A DNA stretch of 63,774 nt, the filler included, from Licmophora abbreviata (taxonomy: Eukaryota): the NCBI GenBank assembly GCA_900291995.1. It is 8 parts of 8 records of this genome, joined end to end, with 100 filler letters (N's around TTAATTAATTAA, not from the genome) between each part and the next. Parts side by side here need not be neighbours in the genome. Positions count along the whole stretch, not along the records: positions 46,128 to 56,600 come from OLMU01005337.1; positions 56,701 to 59,334 come from OLMU01005339.1; 6 more parts are not named here. The stretch is one strand, 5' to 3'. The notes below the pieces were generated by a model. That model was given only the letters and a program-made list of their open reading frames with translations, was not told the origin of the DNA and made no database searches. Below are positions 46,549 through 58,669 of the stretch, piece by piece; the stretch's first letter is position 1; each line of letters opens with the position of its first letter. The translations under genes were made by a program, and so were the position numbers.

Positions 46549-47976
46549 ATGACGACTACCGAAGAGGACATACGTGTCCGTTTTGAGACTGCAGGCCAAG
46601 CGCACGTGTTGAAGCACTTTCCGGCGCTTTCCCAAGACGAAAAGACTTCTCTGCTTGATCAGCTCGCTGGCATTGACGTCGAAAAGCTCTCTGGCTTTCT
46701 TGATGCAGCACTGGATCACCAAAGGACCACGTCGACGGGGGAGATCTCGCCTTTTTCGAAAACTCCTGCGCGGACGACTGACGAGGACGCCAAAGGGTAC
46801 CTCGAGTTCTCCCGAAAAATAGGACTCGAGGCGATCAGGGATGGAAGAGTTGCAGCCTTGGTTCTGGCCGGGGGGCAAGGAACGCGACTCGGATACACCG
46901 GACCGAAGGGAATGTACGACATTGGACTTCCTAGCGGAAAGACTCTCTTTCGTTTGATTGCGGAGAGGCTCAAGCGACTTGCTCATCTGGCTGGATCCGA
47001 AAGCGGGCAGTCGTCAAAGTCAAACATCCCTTTCTACATTATGACGTCTGCCATTAACCGCAACGAGACCATATCCTACTTTCAAGAACGCTACTATTTT
47101 GGTTTGGAGCCCGAAAATGTTAGATTCTTTTGTCAGGCAATGCTCCCCTGTTTGACTGACCAGGGCAAGATCATCATGGAGTCGCCGAGCCGCGTTGCAA
47201 TGGCCCCCGATGGAAACGGAGGTATCTATCCATCGCTCGTCAAGTCTGGTATGCTCGGTGATATGACCGCGAGAGGAGTACAATACTTGCACGTATTTAG
47301 TATCGACAATGCTCTTGTCAAACCAGCAGATCCTGTGTTCGTTGGTCATTGTATATCGGAGGGTGCTGACTGCGGTAACAAGGTCCTCTGGAAGGCAAGC
47401 GCAAGTGAGAAGGTTGGGGTTCTTGTTGAGAAGGATGGAAAGCCTTGTGTCGTCGAGTACTCTGACATGTCGACACATATGACGGAGCAAACTGATGGTC
47501 AAGGGCGACTGCTGTATGGTGCCGGAAACATTTGCAATCATTTCTATACGCTTGACTTCATTCGAGACATGATTGTACCCAACCTCGGGAACTTGTATCA
47601 CATTGCTAGAAAGAAGATCCCTTACTACGACGAAGAAGAGCAGAAGACGGTTAGTCCAACGAAAAACAACGGATTGAAACTGGAGAGCTTCATTTTTGAC
47701 GTATTTCCGCTGTCGAAGGCCATGGCTGTGTTGGATGTAGCTCGGGCGGAAGAGTTTGCGCCTGTGAAGAATGCGCCAGGTTCACAATCCGATAGCCCCG
47801 ATACAGCAAGAGAAATTATGTCTAAGCTTGCTCAGAAGCGGGTTCGAGAAGCAGGTGGGAAACTGGTGGGTGACCTCGAAGGCACGTGCGAAATCTCCCC
47901 TCTTGTGAGTTACGACGGCGAAGGCTTGACCGACCTCGTCCAAGGCCAGGAAATCAGATGCCCGTTCTCACTCTAG
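46549..47976 (+). CDS. UAP1: UDP-N-acetylglucosamine pyrophosphorylase
   Basis: LAGGQGTRLG..GPKG, PDGNGG, IDNALVKPADPVFVG, VVEYSD, GNICNH, KLESFIFDVFP, EEFAPVKNA, EISPLVSYDGEGL. Confidence 0.96.
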   Translation: MTTTEEDIRVRFETAGQAHVLKHFPALSQDEKTSLLDQLAGIDVEKLSGFLDAALDHQRTTSTGEISPFSKTPARTTDEDAKGYLEFSRKIGLEAIRDGRVAALVLAGGQGTRLGYTGPKGMYDIGLPSGKTLFRLIAERLKRLAHLAGSESGQSSKSNIPFYIMTSAINRNETISYFQERYYFGLEPENVRFFCQAMLPCLTDQGKIIMESPSRVAMAPDGNGGIYPSLVKSGMLGDMTARGVQYLHVFSIDNALVKPADPVFVGHCISEGADCGNKVLWKASASEKVGVLVEKDGKPCVVEYSDMSTHMTEQTDGQGRLLYGAGNICNHFYTLDFIRDMIVPNLGNLYHIARKKIPYYDEEEQKTVSPTKNNGLKLESFIFDVFPLSKAMAVLDVARAEEFAPVKNAPGSQSDSPDTAREIMSKLAQKRVREAGGKLVGDLEGTCEISPLVSYDGEGLTDLVQGQEIRCPFSL

Positions 47977-48290
47977 ATCGATAACTTAGCCACTTCTAAC
48001 TAGAGGTTTGTCCGAGTTAACGATGTACCAGGTACAATCGTCTAAGTAGATATACCGGTACGCTCCTCATAGTCTGCCAGTTGACTAGCTGTGTACCTGT
48101 CTGATTTCCAAGTTCGATCGCAATCCATCGGCAAAAAGTGGCGTCTGTCATTCGCCGGCTGATGATGTGTGCGCAGAAAAAGGCGCGAAAGGCTGTCACA
48201 TTGCAGGCGGCTGGCGAGTCGCGAGCCACACAGAGAGACAGCGAAGACAAGTCATACACCTTATCTTCGCCTTCTTTGTGCAAGGCAGCG

Positions 48291-48560
48291 ATGTCATCCG
48301 TCGCTGCAACTCGAGCAAGGGCGCTCTCCTTGTATCGACAAATACTGCGAGGCGCGAGTCAAATGCCAACGCCAAACCAACAGAATTTTGTAGTGAAGAA
48401 GTGTCGAGTCGAGTTCCGAGCGAATGCTGCTTTGACGGACCCAGAAGAGATTGATTTTTGCTTACGACTGGCGGATACCAATCTTGACACCGTTCTTGTG
48501 CAAGCGGAACACCTCAAAAAGCTATTTAGCAATCCGACGTATCATCAAGGTGATTTATAG
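48291..48560 (+). CDS. LYR-motif (Complex1_LYR) small mitochondrial protein
   Basis: ALSLYRQILR...CRVEFRAN..LTDPEEI. Confidence 0.85.
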   Translation: MSSVAATRARALSLYRQILRGASQMPTPNQQNFVVKKCRVEFRANAALTDPEEIDFCLRLADTNLDTVLVQAEHLKKLFSNPTYHQGDL

Positions 48561-49330
48561 AACACTATAGCTGTTTACATTGGCAACGAAAGGGTTTGGC
48601 GACGATGCAACTGAATCAGTTCAGTGTTCTGGTTTAAGTGACGGATCCCGACGTAATTTCTGAACTCGTGCTGCGTTTGAGCTGGGAACCTGTAAGGCTT
48701 GCCGGGATAACGGCTTGTGGAGCCGATGTAGGTACAATCGGACCGGTTTTGGAAGGCAAGATTTGCCGTACTCACGACTACTAGACTACTGTAGTGCGTT
48801 CTGTGGGTTATGATGAACGGAGTGTGCAGACAACGATAGATTATAATTACAATAGCAGCAAGTACGGCTGCCCGTTGAGGCGTTGGTTGATGGCCATGAG
48901 CCTAATGTTGCATTCGGTCTCGCAGTTGCGGTAGTCTGCCAAGTATTCGACCTTCTCGTTCGGCTATGATGCGCAGCGCGCTTTACGATCCATTGACTAC
49001 AGGAGGGAACGATCTGTCACTTCGCATGCCATGCAATAGTGCGTGGACCCTGAACTATGGGATCAAATGCAGTACGTACCGGTGCATGAAAAAGGTCTAA
49101 AACGACGAGCGCACACAAGAATTCGAAACGTGAATTGTATCGCGTCGAGTGGAGTCGAGTGAGTCAGACTGTTCCGGCGCGCGCGGTGTATTTTGCGAAA
49201 AGAGACGACGCGCGGGGGCGCTGGTGGCCGCTCAATGATGATGGTGATTTGTGATTTGAGATTGTGTTTGCATCTCTAAACTAGGGGAGAGTAGACTATC
49301 GGTATCGTTACAGGTCTCTCGTATCCAGCA

Positions 49331-52300
49331 ATGGCGGAAAGCAACCCTCAAGCCGGCCAGGGAAAGCCTCTCCCCAAGAAGGAGTCGGACCTGTTCAAGC
49401 ATGTAGTCAGGCACTACGAATCGAAGCAGTATAAGAAGGCCGTGAAGCAGGCCGACGCCATCTTGAAGAAGTACCCCAAGCATGGCGAGACTCTCGCCAT
49501 GAAGGGACTCACTCTCAACGCCACCAAGAAGCGAGACGAGGCGCACGCTCTTGTCAAGGAGGGGCTGAGGAACGACATGAGGTACGTCTCGACCGCGAAT
49601 CTTTTCGCTCAAGCCGGCGGAACAGAACTACTCTTCGACTGCGGCTTCCCCCCTGTGCCCCGTCTCACCGATGCTGTCTATCCTCTCTCGTTTACGACGT
49701 TCCTGGTACTGCACCGTAGGTCTCATGTCTGTTGGCACGTGTACGGGCTTTTGCATCGATCGGACCGAAATTACAATGAAGCCATCAAAGCATACAAGCA
49801 AGCGTTGCGTATTGATCCTGAAAATCTACAGATCCTCCGTGACTTGTCCCTGCTACAGATCCAGATGCGCGACTTGACTGGCTTCGCTGTTACCCGACAT
49901 AGCATCTTGACGCTCAAACCGAATGCCAAGCTTCACTGGATTGCTTTTGCGCTGGCCAAACACTTGACGGGGGACCTTCGCGGCGCAGTGACGGTCATGG
50001 ATACGTATCTTGGAACGCTCACTCAGGGATCTCCAGAGTTGGAACGCGGCTTTGAATCCAGTGAACTCGCCCTGTATCGCAACATGATTCTTTCCGAAAT
50101 ACCAGAGAACTACGAAGAAGCGCTGACTCATCTGACCGAATGTCAGGCTGTTGTGGTTGATAGAACTGCTTGGCTTATGGCGCGAGCCAAATATGAGCTC
50201 TTGCTAGCCCGCTACGGCGACGCGAAAAAGACGTACTTGCTGCTGTTCGACCGCGGACTGACCGAAGATTATCGAGTGCACTCCGGATACATGTGCGCTC
50301 TTTTGGAAATAGACGACAGGGAGGTATGTAAGGCTGCCTTGTCGGTTCGTGGGACGCAGACATTGGCGACGACGAGAGTGCTAGATTCATCCCAAAAACA
50401 GACGCTGCTGGAGGAGTACCGGGATAACCTTTCGTCAAAGTATCCCCGTTCCCCATCAGTTCGAAGAATACAGCTAACTGTTTTGGAAGGGAATGAATTC
50501 ACATCTGCTTTGGATGCGTACTGTCGCATGGCATTGACGAAGGGCGTTCCATCTCTGTGTTCCGATGTATCGACGCTGGTCACTGACAATCGAAACGGAA
50601 GAGTACATTACGCTGTTGACCCGGTCGATCTTGACAAAAATTCCGTATACAAGACTCTGGTGAGCCTCGCAGATGGCTACATGGCTTCTCTCGCATCCTC
50701 ATCTAAGCTGTGTTCTGACGACGACCGTGACGAGTCACCATCGACGATACTATGGGCGTTGTACTTGCGGGCTGGACTTCACGAATTAGTCGGCGAATAC
50801 AGCGAAGGGATCGCGCTGCTGGACAAATGCATTGAGCACACGCCGACCGCCGTCGATGTGTACGAGTTGAAAGCTCGTCTTTTGAAATTATCTGGTGACA
50901 TGCCGTCAGCTGTCGAGTGCGTCGATAGGGGTAGGGGGCTGGACAAGCAGGACCGTTACATAAACAACCAGACGACAAAGTACATGCTGCAGGCCGGCAT
51001 GGAAGAGACGGCGCTCGACCGAATCGCCCTTTTTACCAAACATGAAGGCAATCCGGAGCAAAATCTGTTCGATATGCAGTGTTCGTGGTACGAGCTCGAA
51101 CTTGCCGAGTGCTTAGCTAAAAAGGAGAATTGGGGTCGAAGTCTGAAGAAGTTTGGTAAGTGGACATGCTAGTAGCATATTTCATGTCGTCTTGAAGCTT
51201 CCGCCGCTCATGTGCCTTCTCCGCGATGATCACTGTTGAAGGGGCTGTGGTAAAGCACTTTGAAGATTTTCATGAAGATCAGTTCGATTTTCATTCGTAT
51301 TGCGTTCGCAAAGTGACTCTTCGAGCGTACATTGAGGTGCTCCGATTCGAGGACAATCTGTGGGGGCAAGAGTACTATCAGAGAGCTGCGGAGGGAATAA
51401 TTAAGGTATATCTTCACCTTTACGATAATCCGAATGTAACGACCGACGACAAGGAGCCTGACTATTCGAACATGACCGCCGCAGAAAAGAAGAAGGCGAA
51501 GGCAATTGCCAGAAAGAAGAAGAAAGCTGCAGAGAAGAAGTCGGTTGCGGCGGAGAATGCAACTGCAGAGGAAGCCAACGGAGGTACCGGTAAAAAGAAT
51601 AAGAATCGGGCGACTGAAGTAGATCCCGATCCAGATGGTAAAGAACTGCTGAAGAAGGATCCACTTGAGGAAGCGAAGCTTTACTCGTCGATCCTCTCTA
51701 AGCACGCCCCCGACACCGTCAGGACGTGGATGCTGCAATACGACGTGTCAATTCGTCGTGGGAAGACGCTCATGGCGCTGCAGGTGAGTCTTCCGGGGCA
51801 TATGCGTTCGAAAGACGATAACGGGGGTAAGAGATGGCATGTGATCTATTGTCTCACGGATTTGTCTTGTTTTTTGGCCTTCTCTCGTGTCCGATAGGCA
51901 CTATTCAGGGCACGGTCGTTGGACCCTGAAGATAGCGAGCTATTCACTCGCATCGTGGACCTGAGCTCCAGAGTCGACGGGTTTCAGACCGAGGTGGATG
52001 CTGTGCGCAACGTTGTTTTGAGCGAGGCTCCCAAGCTGCTCGACGGCAAGTCGGTGTTTGACTTTGTCACGGCCGCAAGGGATAAAGCTGCGCGAGACCC
52101 TCTCGCATCGCTTTCGAGTCGCGTTGCCATCGCTCGGGCGCTAGTATCAACCAAGACGGGATCAGCTGCCGATGGGGCATCTTTGATTGTGGATGGCGGC
52201 TTACAAGGACGAGGTGTCACAGTTTCGTCGTGCCGAGCGGCGCTGACCGCACTTCGCAGTCTCGGAGACGATGCAGCAGCACCGACAAACCAGTGGATTG

Positions 52301-52344
52301 TCGACGTGAAGGAACGATTTCCGCTGGTTGTGGACTTTAGCTAG
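49331..52344 (+). CDS. NAA15: NatA N-terminal acetyltransferase auxiliary subunit; introns 49582-49719, 51156-51241, 51784-51897
   Basis: LPKKESDLFK...YESKQYKK...HGETLAMKGL, SHVCWHVYGL, IEHTPT, LDKQDRYIN, DMQCSWYE, EDQFDFHSYCVRK.TLRAY, DPDPDG. Confidence 0.96.
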
Positions 52345-52448
52345 ATGTTGCTCGCACGGCCTGCAATCGAAGCGATCAGACGGACGATGGCTGAGGGTAG
52401 TAACTCTAACAAAAGTTACGGTAGTCTACAGTGTATGCACATGATATG

Positions 52449-53174
52449 CTATGGGTCAGCCGCACCTTCGTCGTTGTTGTCGGCAAGCCATTGCTTGGCC
52501 CAGTCTTCTACTCGTGATATGTTGGCTTCCATATCTTCCAAGGTATTAGACTGCAGTTCATGGACAATCTCTGGTGCATAGGCTTCTCTCGCTTCGTCCA
52601 ACAAGACCTGCATGATTTCGCATTCCATATTTTCCGCTCTCTTCTTTTCCGAGTAGCATCGTGCCTCCAATCGATCAAACAAGACGTCAGTTTTTGGCGC
52701 GCAGTACCAATACTAGATCGAACCACCGTTCTGGGAACAATTCGCTGGAATGATAATCAGCCACGATCCCCTCGCCTGATTGAGCCGCAGCTTCGAACGT
52801 GGCTTCAAGTGTATCGAGGAGTTTGTCTTCGTCCAGTATAGACGTGTCGAGTTCATCGTCGCGGCCGTCGAAACACTTGTGCTGCTGGATGACGTCTCCA
52901 ACGCAGACATGTTTCATTCCCGTTCTTTCCTGTGGCACGATGTCCAGAATTACAAGGTAGGATGGGAACAGTCAATTGTGGTGAGAGATTGCTATGATAC
53001 CAGGTGCTTTATTATACCGGTACTGGTAGTCGACGACACGAGACTATAGTCGGCGATGATCGGTGTGTAACTGAACATCGTCGTACAGATGATACGCACC
53101 GCTAGCAGCGACGCCGTGGCCGTCTTGCCAACCCCCGGAGTCCCTGTAATCAAGACGTTGGGTCGTTGACGCAT
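52449..53174 (-). CDS. AK6: Adenylate kinase 6 / Fap7 (hCINAP); intron 52930-53099; one apparent +1 frameshift at 52691-52695
   Basis: PNVLITGTPGVGKT, LDEDKLLD, VADYHSSELFPERWFDLVLVLR, then after removing one A: AKTDVLFDRLEARCYSEKKRAENMECEI. Confidence 0.93.
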
Positions 53175-53692
53175 GGTTTGATTGTCCTCGAGGCTTGTGC
53201 TCTTGTTATTGGTATGAGTACGAGTAGTCTAGGTAAGGTAGATCTACTAGCAGTCTTCGGAAGTTGTAAACTTTGATGAAAAAATGAGTGGAGACCCGAT
53301 CGACATTTGTTATGATGTTCGAATGGAAAACCCATACTACGAGCTCGTACGTAGTAGAGGAGCGGCCGCAAGACCATTTTCAATTTGCCTCCGGGTCTCG
53401 CATTCCATCCTGATGAATTCGAATGATCTTGACGGGTGGCGGCCAGACAGGATATCTTCAACTTCGCCGTAGGGGTGTACGAAGATTCAGTACCAGTGTC
53501 CTTCTGTAGCAGTCGTCCGTGCTTCGCATTCAGTCCAAGTATCAAGTTGAAGCGCGGCTTTGTGTCATCGTCACCAATCATCGTTCAGTTCTTCGCCGCT
53601 CCATCGCCGCGAGCACTTCTCCTTGTTGTCGTGGACTAGACTAGCGTGGTTCATTTCAACGTTTGCGTCTATCCTCTTCACAGATTTACACC

Positions 53693-55435
53693 ATGAGATT
53701 CACAACTACAGTCTTGAGTGCCGTGGTGGCGCTGCTGGCTGTGCAGTCGTCTGCGGGCTTTGCGTTTTCTCCCAAATTGCTGGCACTACAGAAAACTCAC
53801 TCTTCGGTACTCCCGATGGTGGCATCGTCCGAAATTAGCACAGAACAAGACGTCAACGGGGTTTCCAAACCACGAAAGACACGGCAGGTGAGTAGCAGAG
53901 AAAGATGGACTGTATACTGACCTTATTCCGATTCGAGATTCTCATTTTGCGTTGATTTATATACTTACTTGTTATATTTTTTGTGACCAGGAACGACTCG
54001 AGGCTGCTTCCAAGGGACTCCAGGTGCACTGCGTTGGTCTTTCCATTCACCACGCAGAGGTTGAGGTTCGTGAAAAGCTTGCCATCCCGGAAGCCGACTG
54101 GAACAAAGCCTCTGACGAGCTCTGCTCCACTGGCGCAGTCGCAGAGGCAGCGGTGTTGAGTACCTGCAATCGCTTCGAGGTATACTATGCTGCTTCCGAC
54201 CCTCATGAAGCCATGGCCTGCGTCACAAATTACCTCGCCGAGAGGTCGGGGCTGCCTGTATCCATCTTGCGAAAGAATCTTTTCATGCTGTCTGGCGACG
54301 ACGCTGTCTGGCATCTCATGCGAGTCGCGGGTGGACTCGACTCTCTTGTCGTCGGTGAAGGTCAGATTCTTTCGCAGGTGCGTCAGTGCCACTTGCATTC
54401 CATTGAAGAAGACGGCTGCGGTGGTAAGGTCCTCTCGCGTCTCTTGAATAACGCCGTTGCTGCTGGAAAGCGTGTGCGATCAGAGACGGCGATTTCCAAG
54501 GGATCCGTCTCCATCTCCTCGGCAGCTGTTGAACTTAGTGAAATGTTGTCCCAGCCAGACTTGCAGCTTCCCTTTTCGGAGGCGCGATTGGCAGTCGTCG
54601 GAGCCGGAAAGATGACCCGACTCTTGATTACCCATTTGGCGTCTCGCGGTCTGGAACGTATCACCATTGTCAATCGATCCCTCGGCAGACCTCAGGAGCT
54701 TCAGGAACAGTTCCCTGACGTTGATATTGAAATCAAGCTCATGGACGACCTTTGGGATGTTGTGGGTCGCTCCGACATTGTGTACACAGCCACATCGGCA
54801 GTTGACTATGTCGTTGACGAACAAAAGCTGGAAGAGAACGGATTGGTCGGTGGGCACCCGATTATGCTTGTCGACATTGCCGTGCCGCGGAATGTTGCAG
54901 AAGATTGCAAAGAAGTAAGTGGGGAGTTCGCTACCTTTTATCAGAGACGCCCTGTTGATTGTCAACCGAATCTCACTCTGCTACATCGATATTTCTCTGT
55001 TTACAGGTTCCAAACGTTGCGGCGTACAATGTCGACGACCTGAAGGCTGTTGTTGCCAAGAATACGGCCATGCGTCAGCGCGAAATGATTGAAGCCGAGA
55101 ACTTACTGAAAGAGGAAGCCGCTGCCTTTGTCGGATGGCGCGAGTCGCTTTCTGCTATCCCTACCATCAACCAGCTTCAGGAGCGCGCGAATCATTTCCG
55201 CAAGGAGGAACTCAAGAAGTGCACGCGCAAACTGTCCAATGCCAATTTGAGCGACAGGGAAATGGAGGCGGTCGAGCGGCTATCGCGTAGAATTGTCAAC
55301 AAACTCTTGCACGGGCCAATGTCTCACGTGCGAAACACCGAGAGTGTGGAGGGAAAGCAGGCTACTCTCAAAGAATTGAACAAGATGTTCCGACTAGACG
55401 ACGACGCCAGTAGTCGTGGTCGCTCGCGTCGCTAG
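53693..55435 (+). CDS. hemA: Glutamyl-tRNA reductase, plastid-targeted; introns 53888-53990, 54915-55006
   Basis: VGLSIHHAEVEVREKLA, LSTCNRFEVY, GLDSLVVGEGQILSQV, GKRVRSET.I..GSVSISSAAV, VGAGKM, DIAVPRNV, NKLLHGP. Signal + AGFAF. Confidence 0.97.
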
Positions 55436-55514
55436 TCAGTGGATGAGATTACTTGGAGGAATGTACAGTAGGGATAGGCTAAGGTTTAGACTGCCGCTTA
55501 TTAGTATCCGCTTA

Positions 55515-56600
55515 TTAGTATCCGCTGCGAGTGTAGTCGGGACTTGTGGGTCCGTCGTCCTGTATGTCTTCCACAATCTCGTCCTCCCCGTTCGGGTCTG
55601 CTCCTTTCAGCAGTTTCTCGATTCGGTCAAGGCCCTCGGTCGCTTCTGCGTGGCAGTGTGCGACATTAGAGTTGGTGGATAGCGATAGGAGGACGTTAGC
55701 GAAGTGTCGTGAAATACTGAAAACCACTCACGTCTCGCAATACCGAAATGACTTACCTTTGTTGTCGGGGTTGATCGAGATTGCTGTGTGAAAGCATGTA
55801 GTGGCGGCCGTATACTCCTCGTTCAATGTGTATATCTCGCCCAGCTTGGCTTGGAGCAAGTCCTGGTTCGTCCCCGCTGAAGTCGACTGAGCCTCGGTTG
55901 ACCCCTCCATCACCTTCTGTAGCAAGTCAATACAGGTTTCGTAGTCTCGTTCTTGCACAAGGATCTCAACCAAGGCCAGGAGAGGTCGTAGCGCCCCCGG
56001 GTCAACAGTCAACGCTTTGCGAAGAGCCCGCTTGGCTCGCTCCTTTCCTTCGCCGATACTCATGCCACGCCCTCCTGCTAAAGCCAATCCTACCAATGTG
56101 ACTGCCCGTGGGTCTCTTGGAGCTGCCGAGATGGCCTCCTTGGCTGTACCGACTGCCTCCTTGAATTTCTGTGCGGCCAGAAACGACTCGACTAGTCCCT
56201 CGTAGCTCGCAATGTCGTGTGAAATCTCCTTGGCCCGGAAGAAGGATACTACCGCATGTTCAGGGCGATTCTCTGCTAGCAAGATGCTCCCTCGTAGACG
56301 ATGCGCAAATTCGTGTCGTTGATCTAGTGCAATGGCCTTCTCCACAAACGCTACGGAAGAAAAGGGGAGAGGAACAAAATATGAGGCCATGATTGGTGGT
56401 ACCAGTAATACCACGTAGTCACATTGTGCAGCACAATGTCGCGCAGACGATGACTTACCCATAGCCTTTTCATGGTCGTTCCGAGCTTCGTGGTAAAGCG
56501 CGAGGCAGACCCAAGCTTCAGGTCGCTTGTCGTCTAGCTCGAGAAGAAAGGCAGAGAGCTGATTGAGTTCCGCCAGTGCCCCGCGACGCTGCAGAAGCTG
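55515..56600 (-). CDS. APC7: TPR protein, anaphase-promoting complex subunit 7-like, 5' truncated; introns 56351-56458, 55646-55756
   Basis: [11 protein letters not shown], then TPRs ...[12 protein letters not shown]...[16 protein letters not shown]..., C-terminal [13 protein letters not shown]. Confidence 0.75.
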
Positions 56601-56832
56601 NNNNNNNNNNNNNNNNNNNNNNNNNNNNNNNNNNNNNNNNNNNNTTAATTAATTAANNNNNNNNNNNNNNNNNNNNNNNNNNNNNNNNNNNNNNNNNNNN
56701 CAAGATTGCCTGTGAGAATAATCAGGGTTGCTGGTGTGGGGACCTCCGCGTGACGAACACGCATCTTCACATCATCTTCATCACATCCTCTTACATCACA
56801 CACATTCGTCATGCCTGGTCTCTCCGTCTGCA

Positions 56833-58669
56833 ATGTCCCCCCGCTTTAAGCGTCTCGAGGAACAGAAGCGTCTCGAGGAAAAACGACGGCAAAATGTCCA
56901 GCTTATGTCGGCTTGCAAAGGTGGACATCTAGCACGCGCGCGTGATCTTGTCAAGAAGGGCGCGAATGTTAATAGTAGGAGCAATGGTGGAGCGACACCT
57001 CTTTTTTATGCGGCAGAAAAGGGAGACGTTAGCGTGGTGAAGTTTCTGGTGGAGAATGGGGCCGACAAGGACCAACCTAATAACGATGGATCGACACCAC
57101 TTCACATTGCGGTGATAAGCTATAGGGCTTCTGTGGTAAAACTCCTTATACATACAACATGGAGCCAAAGTGGATACGAAGTCATCCAATGGCTACACTC
57201 CATTTAGTTACGCTCGCCATTGTGGCGACTCCAGTATTGTTCAAATGTTGGAAGCACCCGAGCTTGTGCGAGAGCAGTTTGAGGATGACGAACGCAACCG
57301 AAAATACGAAGAATACAAAAAGAGACGCGAGCAGTGGAAATCACCCAAAGACGTTCCGACGCGGGTCGATCTCGATCGGGCCATGGCGGAATGTCAGCGT
57401 GTCATAAAGTCGCCCCCGCCCAACTGGAATCAATCGCAAATTGGCATCAAAAAGACGGAAGCGCTGAAATACCAGACCATGGTGCTAGACTGCCCTGATG
57501 AGAAAGAACTCGTGGCTGGGATCAACGAAATGGAGGAATTCCACCAAGAACTGGTCGGCAATCACAAATATAAGGATCTTTCTTTGCAGCTGGCGGAAGA
57601 ACTCTTCAACTGGTACGAGCGGCTCGGGTACGAAGAACGTGCCAAATCTGGATCGCAAGGACCAAACCAAAAGGTAAGCGTGATCCTTTTGGATGCATTG
57701 GCGTACCCGCGATATATGCAAGTGAAAGTGAAACAGACGCCTGACAAATTGCATGTTTGCATTCTGATCGTTTCGTTCAGCTCACTGGATCGGGAAAGAA
57801 CCCCGGATCACAGAAAAACCATATGCTTTCGGCAGCCTCGTCGGCGAGGCTCAATATCCACAATTCCGAGGAGACACCTAGCCTAGAGAGTATCCATGAA
57901 ATTGAAAATGGTCCGGCACCTCGTCCGTGAGACAGCCAAGATTTCGGCTATGCAACAAGAGAAGAATGAAGAAGAGTATGAAAGTCTCTCAGATAAATAT
58001 ACCAAGGGTGACAGGAATGTTCTGTCACGGTTGGATGAATTGGCTTTGAAGATGCAAGACTTGTCGATACAGCAGGTCAAAGGTGTCGATATATTGGCTT
58101 CCGGACGACTGCAGTGTCCTCGGTTGTGCATTTTCGTGAAAGTCCCGTCTACATGGTTCGACATGTACGTCAAGGGAGCCCCCCAGAAGCAGATGAAAGT
58201 GTATTTTGTCTGTGCCCATAGTCGGGTTCTGTCGACTCCAATTACGATCAAGTACCCAGCAGCCTGGCTGAAGAAGGCGGCACCCTATCTGAAGTTCGTA
58301 CTCTTCTGCCTCCGCATGGTGGTGCAAACTTATGGGATTCCCATCCCCAACCTGCCCGACTCTATCGCAGGTGACACGGCGCAAGAGAAGTTTAGGGAAG
58401 TAATGAAGTCTATGACAGAATTGATGGATCCCGAAGACATTCGTGATATGGGAAAGTGGGCCCGCGAGTACACAAGTGGAGGAGAGGATTGGTCTCAATT
58501 TGTGAGACGAAAGGAGATTGAGATTCCCACCTATGCCCATGCCGCGCTGGCTCAGAAAGCCTACAAACCCAAGAACATCGCATGGTTGGACGAAATGCAA
58601 ATTGCGGGCAGGAAGGACGAGTTTGCATGGGTGATGAACGAGTATGTCAAGGATTGGTCAAAGGGATGA
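56833..58669 (+). pseudogene. Ankyrin-repeat protein with Roco/TORNADO1-like C-terminal domain, disrupted by at least one (probably two) frameshifts
   Basis: ANK repeats (GATPLFYAA, GSTPLHIAV, GYTPFSYA). ATAC-ATAC duplication at 57148-57155 breaks LIQHGAKVD. Intron 57674-57780. Second frame break near 57885-57930. C-terminus CPRL...YFVCAHS...P.AWLKKAAPYLK. Confidence 0.7.
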
